Shown: positions 31,758-37,456 of the stretch, piece after piece
Layout: every line of letters begins with the position of its first letter
Numbering within the stretch: the stretch's first letter is position 1
Source: an uncultured virus (IMG/VR IMGVR_UViG_3300033074_000747)
Lineage: Duplodnaviria; Heunggongvirae; Uroviricota; Caudoviricetes
Virus record (IMG/VR): IMGVR_UViG_3300033074_000747
DNA length: 37,456 nucleotides
Strand: one strand, 5' to 3'
Program-made: the position numbers and the translations under genes
The notes under the pieces: model-generated
The model's input: only the letters and a program-made list of their open reading frames with translations
Told to the model about the DNA's origin: nothing
The model's database searches: none

Positions 31758-33263
31758 TCAGAAGGTGAGTGGTATGCCGAGCTGGGTCAGGTCGGCCTGC
31801 TGGTACTTCTGCACCAGGATCGACCCAGGTTCGCTTCCCCCGGACAGGGTGATCTCGGCTGCATCCAGCTTGAAGAAAGATCCGCCGGTGTTGGCCGAGA
31901 ACTGGACCAGGACTCTCACCTCAAGGTTTCTCAGCTTGGTCCAGTCCCCGCCGATCGCCGTCGTCAGGTCATAGATCTGGCCGCCGGACAGTGCGTTGAA
32001 TCCACTGGTCACCCCAGACGCCCCGGTCGCTCCGGTTATCTCGAACTCCTCCAGCGTGGTGTAGGCGTCCGACGGGCTGGTTCGGTAGTAGTAGGTGACC
32101 GTGGCGGTTCGGGCGTCCCCGGCGAGCACCGAGGTCACGGAGGCCTGGGCGTACAGCTCCAGCTTCACACTGCTGATCGTGTACTCGTCGCCCGGAGCGT
32201 AGAACAGCGACAGCTCCTGGAGCACGGCGTCGGTGTCCGTGGCGGTGGTAACCTCGCTATTATGGACCCCCGTCGCATTGTCTATCGTGGCCCAGGCTCC
32301 GGCCAGCTGCACGGCCGTCTGCGCCCCGAGGGTCTGGGCCACCGTTGGGTAGTAGGGCTTTCCCGACCCGTCCAGGATCGCCTTTCCGTTCTCCCCATCC
32401 GGGGTCTTGAAGGCGATGAAGTGGGTGGGGTTCAGGTGGTTGGGCGGGCTTCCGCCGATGTCGTCGAGGATCCAGAGCCGTCGCGGGGTCGGGTTGTCCT
32501 CGTTAGCGGGCAGGGTCTCCCAGTGGCCGTTCAGAACCTTGTTCCCCTCGTCCACCACTTCGCGGTCGTGGGTGTCGAACTTGATCGAGAACTCCAGGAC
32601 ACGGGTGTAGTAGATCTGGCACTGGCCGTGGAACTTGCGGTCGAAGCTCCAGCCCGACAGTCTCACGGTCCGGGCGGACAGGCCCCAGATCGGCTCGCTG
32701 TTAACGTAGTGCATCAGCGTGGCGGGCAGCACCACCGCCTGGTAGTTGGTGGCCACGTTCTGCTCGATGCGCAGACTCATCGTGCCGCTCTCGAACTCTA
32801 CCTGCGCCCCCCGGATCATCTCGTGGGAGCTGCTGAGGATCGGTATTCCGAAGCGGTCGTGGGTGGCCTCCTCCGAAAAGTTGACGAACGACCCGCTGAC
32901 CTTGGGCGGTTCGAGCAGAGGGTCCTCGACCGGGTCGCTGGGGCACCTCTGCTTGTCGTCCGGGGCCGGCTTGTTAGTGGCCCGCTGGGTGATCGTCCAC
33001 CACTTGTTCTTCGTCCCGTCGGAGAAGTGCGGGGTCACCTTCATGTAGCGGGTGAACGTGACCCACTGGTCCTGGTCGCCGTCGATCAGCCAGGCGTCCC
33101 CAGGCTGCGGCAGGCCGGGTGTGTTCATCACGTTGGAGGGTCCGTCCGCCGAGTGGGGTGTGTCGTCCCCCTCGACGCGGTGCACGACGGTGAACGTGCG
33201 GTATCCGTCGTCGTCCTGCTCGCCCTCCCAGGTCACCGGGCCGCCCCGGATCTGCGTGGCCAT
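31758..33263 (-). CDS. putative distal tail/baseplate protein (501 aa)
   Basis: First gene after tape measure; GGAG RBS; beta-rich; apparent extra Thr/Ala/Gly-rich domain near the C-terminus. Confidence 0.65.
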   Translation of the reverse strand: MATQIRGGPVTWEGEQDDDGYRTFTVVHRVEGDDTPHSADGPSNVMNTPGLPQPGDAWLIDGDQDQWVTFTRYMKVTPHFSDGTKNKWWTITQRATNKPAPDDKQRCPSDPVEDPLLEPPKVSGSFVNFSEEATHDRFGIPILSSSHEMIRGAQVEFESGTMSLRIEQNVATNYQAVVLPATLMHYVNSEPIWGLSARTVRLSGWSFDRKFHGQCQIYYTRVLEFSIKFDTHDREVVDEGNKVLNGHWETLPANEDNPTPRRLWILDDIGGSPPNHLNPTHFIAFKTPDGENGKAILDGSGKPYYPTVAQTLGAQTAVQLAGAWATIDNATGVHNSEVTTATDTDAVLQELSLFYAPGDEYTISSVKLELYAQASVTSVLAGDARTATVTYYYRTSPSDAYTTLEEFEITGATGASGVTSGFNALSGGQIYDLTTAIGGDWTKLRNLEVRVLVQFSANTGGSFFKLDAAEITLSGGSEPGSILVQKYQQADLTQLGIPLTF

Positions 33264-33280
33264 GGACAGTGTCTCCTACG

Positions 33281-36200
33281 TCATCTGAAGTCGGCGTGGC
33301 GCACCTTGATCACCGGCTCGGCGGCGATGGCGCTCAGCCAACGGTTGGTCTGCTTCAGCTCGTTCACCGCCTGCTCGGAGTCAACGGAGGACGGCTGGTT
33401 CACCTGGCTCATCACCGGGGTCGGGGCGTACCCCTGGGACTGGGTGAGGTGCTGCCGGGCCAGGTCGAACATGTCCAGCCGGTGGCCGATGAGCATGGCC
33501 TCGTCGCCCCGCAGCATCATCGTACTGATCGAGCTGCTGCCGGGGGCCGACCCGCCGACCACGCCGCCGGCGAACCCCGTAGTGGGGATGACCGTGCGAC
33601 CCTGGATGGCCTGGACCACCGAGTTCACGGCCGCCTCGACGTGGGTGTCGTGGGTGTAGAAGGACCCAGGGTTCGCCCCCATCGCGAGCACGGTGGCGGA
33701 GTACTCGGTGGCCTCCTTGATGTCAGCCAGGCTCCTTCCCAGCTCCCTCTTCGTAGCCCTCGACTCGTTCACGAACACGCCCGCGAGCGCGCGGAGGCCG
33801 GGGTGCAGTCTCTGCCCGGTGATCTGGGTGGCCAGGATCGACTCGTCGAGGCGGTTCACCATCTCCCCGATGCCTGACGTCATCCCGTTGAACCCCATCC
33901 TGGACGACCGGTAGAGGAGGTTCATCACCTCCTCGGAGTGCGTGTCGTGGGTGTAGATCGACCCTGGGGTGAGACCTCGACGGAAGAAGTTGATCACACT
34001 ACGCCCCATGCCGAACACGTTGCTGCCCACGTTGGAGGCCGCGCTGCCGATCCCGCTGGTCACCCCTCCCATGCTGGGGATCAGGTTGCGGATGGCCTGG
34101 ACCGCACCGAGGAAGGCGTCTCGCACCGTATTGACCAGCCCGGTCCAGACCGCCACCACGGAGTCGCGGACGGAGGTCCAGATGGACGTCGCCGTAGACT
34201 GGATCATGGACCATATCGCGGTGCCGGCGGCCTGGAACGCAGCCCAGGCGACGTTGTGGAGGCCCGTGATGGTCGTCATGAACGAGTTCCACAGTCCGGT
34301 CGCTATGATGAGAATCTGGTCCCAGGTCCTCTGAGCCCAGTCGCGGAGGAAGACGCCGACCGCCGTCCAGTCCCCCCTCAGCACGGCGAAGAATATGTTG
34401 AACGCGGTCTGTATGGTATCCACGAGGATATTCCAGGAGGCCAGCAGGGCAGGTACGATGTCCCGCAGAAACGAGTCCCACCCAGCTCGGAAGTAGGCTG
34501 ATATTGAGTCCCAGAATCGGGGGGCCAGGTTGTAGATGTAGTCCACACCCTGCTGGAACCGGGTCCAGATCTGCTGGCCCACCGACAGGATGTAGTTGTA
34601 GAACCCCATCACCCGGTCCGTGATACCCTGCCAGGTGAGGCCGATCCGGGAGAAGATGCCCTGGAGTCCATCGAGTATCCCGCCTCCGGGTCTACGCACC
34701 CGGATGCCAGGCGATCTCGGTGACGTCGTCGAACCGAGCGCGGATATGGGAGCACCCCCGCCCGCCTCCTCCTTCGTCCGGTTGAGACGGTCGAGGTAGT
34801 CGTTGATCCTTCCCAGGGCCTCCGCGCTGCGCCGGGCCACGCCGTCGATCCGCCCGGCCTCCTTCTTGATACCCTTGGAGAAGTTTTCTCCCAGCTTCTG
34901 ACCCTGGGCCGTGGCATTGTCCTGAGCGCGGCGGCTGACCGTGCCGTCCTCCATCTCGTTGAGACGCACCTGACGGAAGGCGGCGAACCCGTCGTTGAAC
35001 GTGTCGAGCTGCGAGTCGAGCTGTCGCTGGAGGCTCGCCTCGGTGGCCGCCAGGGTGTCAGGTAGCTGCTGGATGGTCTGGGTCACGTTCCCGAAGGCCG
35101 CGTTGAACTCCTCCTCCATCGGCCGCCAGACCTGCTCCCAGTTGGCCGTGCCGGCGATGAGGTCAGGGATGCTGCTCACCAGCCGGACGACTGTGGCGAC
35201 GAACAGCACGATGGCTCCCACGAGGACGCCGATCAGTCCGAGGAAGATGTTGAGCCAGTTGTCCCGCAGCCACTCCATCCCCGCCGAGGCTGCCTGCCAC
35301 GCCTGCCGGAACCCCCGGATCAGGAGCAGGGCGAGCCTCACCGCCCCGAGCTGGATGGCGGTCCACACGACCTGCGCCGCCTCTCCGAAGTTGGTGATGG
35401 CGTACTCGGCGTAGATCAGGGCGTCGATGATCGTGCTGCGGATTCCGTTCCAGATGCTGGTGGTCGTGTCGAGGACCCCGCCCATCTCGATCCCGAAGGC
35501 CCCCAGTACCTCGGCCACCAGGTCCATGATGAAGTTCCAGGCTCTCTCGGCCGCGCTGCGGATGTTGAGCCACAGGGCCACGGCCACCCCCTCGAACGCC
35601 TTCCATATAGGGTAGGCCCAGTCGATGAAGTTCTTGATCGACTGGCGGATGGCCGCGATGGTGGACATACCCGACTCCTTCACGGACGCCCACACGCTGG
35701 CGATGCCGGTGGTGTCGTCGGCCATCGACCCAATGACCGCCGTGAGGATGAGGATCAACGGGATGAGCGGACCGATAGCGAGGCGTGCCGCCCCTCCGAT
35801 GACCAGGAGGGTAGTCCTCAGCAGGTTCAAAGGATTGATGACGAAGAGGACCGCCCGAGCCGTCGCCGTAGCCCCTGCCAGCATGCCGGTCCAGAGCAGG
35901 GTGCTCGCCCTGGAGATCAGGGTCATCGGGTTGAGCCAGCTGAGGAAGGCCGGGGCTACCTGGAGGATCGGCGTGATGATCTTACCGAAGTTGACGATGT
36001 TGGCGGCGAACTTGAACATGGCTCCGGTGAGGGCCACAACGGTAACGAGGCCCACCTTGGCTATCCCTGGAAGGAGCTGGAACCCCTCCACCATCCTGCG
36101 TGCGATGAAGGCAGCCGGACCCGCGATGGTCGCGACGGCGGAGCCGAACTCCTCCATCACGTCGCCGACGGCGTTCTTCAGCTGCTTGATACGGCCCGAG

Positions 36201-36859
36201 GCGGTCTCTGCCCTCTTGCCCATCGTCTCCATGCCCGCAGCGAGCAGGGATTGGTAGCGGGTGAGGAACTCGGTCTCATCTCGAATACCTCTCAGCTCGG
36301 GGATCATACGGGCCATCTGCATGGCCAGCTGGGTATTTCCCTGGGCCACGGCCGCCGTGATGCGCAATGCTCCCTCCGGGGACGCCCGAGAGGACGCACT
36401 GGCCAGGGCGAGGGCCTGATCGACAGCCTGGTTGGCGGCAGACCCTAGTGCCCGGTAGCCTCGTGCCTGGGCAAGTAAGCTCAGAATGTACTCGTCTCCG
36501 TAGGTGGTGTTTGCCTGGATAGCCGACCCGAACTCCAGGGCAGACGTGATGTTATCCTCCACCTCCTCGTTGTTGGCTCGGAGCGACGCGCTCAAGGTGA
36601 TGATCGCGTCCTCCTGGGTGCTGTAGGCTGCGAGCATCTGGTTGAGACTTGCCCCGATGCCAGCGGCCCCCAGTGCACTCTTCAGGTTGCCCGCCCATCC
36701 CTGGAGTGCCTGGCCTACCTTGTCGATGTTCTCGCTCGACCTGCCGATCTTCTCGGCGGCATCCTTGGTCTGGTCGGCGGCATCCTGGAGCATCTGCTTA
36801 TAGTTGCCGGCGTCCCCGGCCAGCCGTATCACCAGGCGCTCGATCTCGGTCTCGTTCAT
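33281..36859 (-). CDS. tail tape measure protein (1192 aa)
   Basis: Follows the frameshifted chaperone pair; AGGAG RBS + ATGA overlap; ERLVIRLAGD N-terminus, T..G...QLKNAVGDV.E..G core, periodic Trp/Phe amphipathic repeats. Confidence 0.93.
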   Translation of the reverse strand: MNETEIERLVIRLAGDAGNYKQMLQDAADQTKDAAEKIGRSSENIDKVGQALQGWAGNLKSALGAAGIGASLNQMLAAYSTQEDAIITLSASLRANNEEVEDNITSALEFGSAIQANTTYGDEYILSLLAQARGYRALGSAANQAVDQALALASASSRASPEGALRITAAVAQGNTQLAMQMARMIPELRGIRDETEFLTRYQSLLAAGMETMGKRAETASGRIKQLKNAVGDVMEEFGSAVATIAGPAAFIARRMVEGFQLLPGIAKVGLVTVVALTGAMFKFAANIVNFGKIITPILQVAPAFLSWLNPMTLISRASTLLWTGMLAGATATARAVLFVINPLNLLRTTLLVIGGAARLAIGPLIPLILILTAVIGSMADDTTGIASVWASVKESGMSTIAAIRQSIKNFIDWAYPIWKAFEGVAVALWLNIRSAAERAWNFIMDLVAEVLGAFGIEMGGVLDTTTSIWNGIRSTIIDALIYAEYAITNFGEAAQVVWTAIQLGAVRLALLLIRGFRQAWQAASAGMEWLRDNWLNIFLGLIGVLVGAIVLFVATVVRLVSSIPDLIAGTANWEQVWRPMEEEFNAAFGNVTQTIQQLPDTLAATEASLQRQLDSQLDTFNDGFAAFRQVRLNEMEDGTVSRRAQDNATAQGQKLGENFSKGIKKEAGRIDGVARRSAEALGRINDYLDRLNRTKEEAGGGAPISALGSTTSPRSPGIRVRRPGGGILDGLQGIFSRIGLTWQGITDRVMGFYNYILSVGQQIWTRFQQGVDYIYNLAPRFWDSISAYFRAGWDSFLRDIVPALLASWNILVDTIQTAFNIFFAVLRGDWTAVGVFLRDWAQRTWDQILIIATGLWNSFMTTITGLHNVAWAAFQAAGTAIWSMIQSTATSIWTSVRDSVVAVWTGLVNTVRDAFLGAVQAIRNLIPSMGGVTSGIGSAASNVGSNVFGMGRSVINFFRRGLTPGSIYTHDTHSEEVMNLLYRSSRMGFNGMTSGIGEMVNRLDESILATQITGQRLHPGLRALAGVFVNESRATKRELGRSLADIKEATEYSATVLAMGANPGSFYTHDTHVEAAVNSVVQAIQGRTVIPTTGFAGGVVGGSAPGSSSISTMMLRGDEAMLIGHRLDMFDLARQHLTQSQGYAPTPVMSQVNQPSSVDSEQAVNELKQTNRWLSAIAAEPVIKVRHADFR

Positions 36860-37251
36860 CGGGCACTCCTGTGAATGATACTGCCGCCGTGCTTCGCCAG
36901 CCTGCTCCGCCACTGGGCCTTCGACTCAGCGGTGATACGGGCTATCTCCTCGGTCGAGGGCATCCCGTCCTTGCCGGCCCTCCTCGGCTCGATCTTGAAC
37001 TTGAGCTTGTAGTTCTCCGGGTCCAGTCGACGCTTGCTGTTGACCTGGGCGATCTCGTACCGGATCATTGCCAGGTACTGCTGGGTGAGGTCCGGCTTGT
37101 TCCATCTCTGGAGCAGCCACTCCTGCCAGACCTCGAACTGGCGATGAGTCATTGGCCCCCTCCAGCCCATCAGCTCGTGGAGGGGTAGATGCAGCTCGCG
37201 CGCGAGGTTCAGGTGGGCGTCATATCGCTGGGCGAGCTTTGCCCGTTTTTT
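36856..37251 (-). CDS. tail assembly chaperone, post-frameshift (gpT-like) segment
   Basis: -1 frame is open from the slippery site: KRAKLAQRYDAHLNLARELHLPLHELMGWRGPMTHRQFEVWQEW... to TGA overlapping the tape measure ATG. Confidence 0.82.
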   Translation of the reverse strand, partial: KKRAKLAQRYDAHLNLARELHLPLHELMGWRGPMTHRQFEVWQEWLLQRWNKPDLTQQYLAMIRYEIAQVNSKRRLDPENYKLKFKIEPRRAGKDGMPSTEEIARITAESKAQWRSRLAKHGGSIIHRSAR

Positions 37252-37454
37252 GCTGCGCTCCCGCTCTCAAGTTTTTCCAACCGCTTCTGGAGCCGGGTAA
37301 TCTGCTTCCTCAACTTCTCGGGGTCGTCTGTGTCCTCGCTGAGGTTGGAGATGGCCTTGGCCCGTTCATGCAGCTGCTTCACCTCGTCGGGCCTCCATGT
37401 CTTGATCTCGCTGAGACTCACCTGCCGCCGCCTCCCGTCGGGATAGATCTGGTA
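37209..37454 (-). CDS. tail assembly chaperone (gpG-like), 5'-truncated by window edge
   Basis: Open to the window edge; V..L...AK.IS.L...AKN ending typical of tail chaperones; upstream of tape measure. Confidence 0.82.
   Translation of the reverse strand, partial: YQIYPDGRRRQVSLSEIKTWRPDEVKQLHERAKAISNLSEDTDDPEKLRKQITRLQKRLEKLESGSAAKNGQSSPSDMTPT
37245..37251 (-). promoter_or_regulatory. -1 ribosomal frameshift heptamer A AAA AAC
   Basis: GCA GCA AAA AAC GGG in frame, X XXY YYZ pattern at the canonical G/GT position. Confidence 0.85.
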
Positions 37455-37456
37455 GA

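Noticed and set aside
31674..33659. Long antisense ORFs (31674..33659 +, 29645..30991 +, 26743..28002 +, 1897..2997 -)
   Set aside because: They mirror well-supported genes on the opposite strand; high GC3 suppresses antisense stops; no RBS or motifs.

Overview
A 37.5-kb segment of a GC-rich tailed phage or prophage, probably with a long tail. The host is most likely a planctomycete (Gemmataceae-like), inferred from TIGR02996-type and related 'GNPF..LADALEEAGC..GPH.RGCW' proteins. Organisation is convergent. (i) A + strand early arm (1-8790) carries Zn-finger ORFs, a ParB/DGQHR-like protein fused to a MutS-I-like domain, an SF1 UvrD/Rep helicase and a conserved 530-aa protein; its genes are separated by two families of repeated hairpins and it ends in a terminator. 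(ii) A ~450-bp non-coding junction is almost free of TG/CA dinucleotides and is built from palindromes, including two units 197 bp apart. (iii) A - strand arm runs from tail assembly chaperones (A AAA AAC -1 frameshift), tape measure and minor tail proteins with repeated GTGT motifs, through a Cys-rich glycosyltransferase and a sigma-70 factor, into a large sugar synthesis/decoration cluster (four more glycosyltransferases, UDP-sugar dehydrogenase, epimerase/dehydratase, DegT aminotransferase, radical SAM, methyl-, acetyl- and sulfotransferases). The most novel-looking signals are: a duplicated cassette in the helicase 5' region (GGAGGGTGAG-N9-GACCCTATG), after each copy of which the -1 frame encodes a zinc finger with no start codon, suggesting programmed frameshifting; recurrent in-frame CxxC loop insertions in unrelated enzymes; a possible virion glycosylation system; and covarying intergenic hairpins. 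All family calls are by motif recognition and all counts are by eye; no searches were run.
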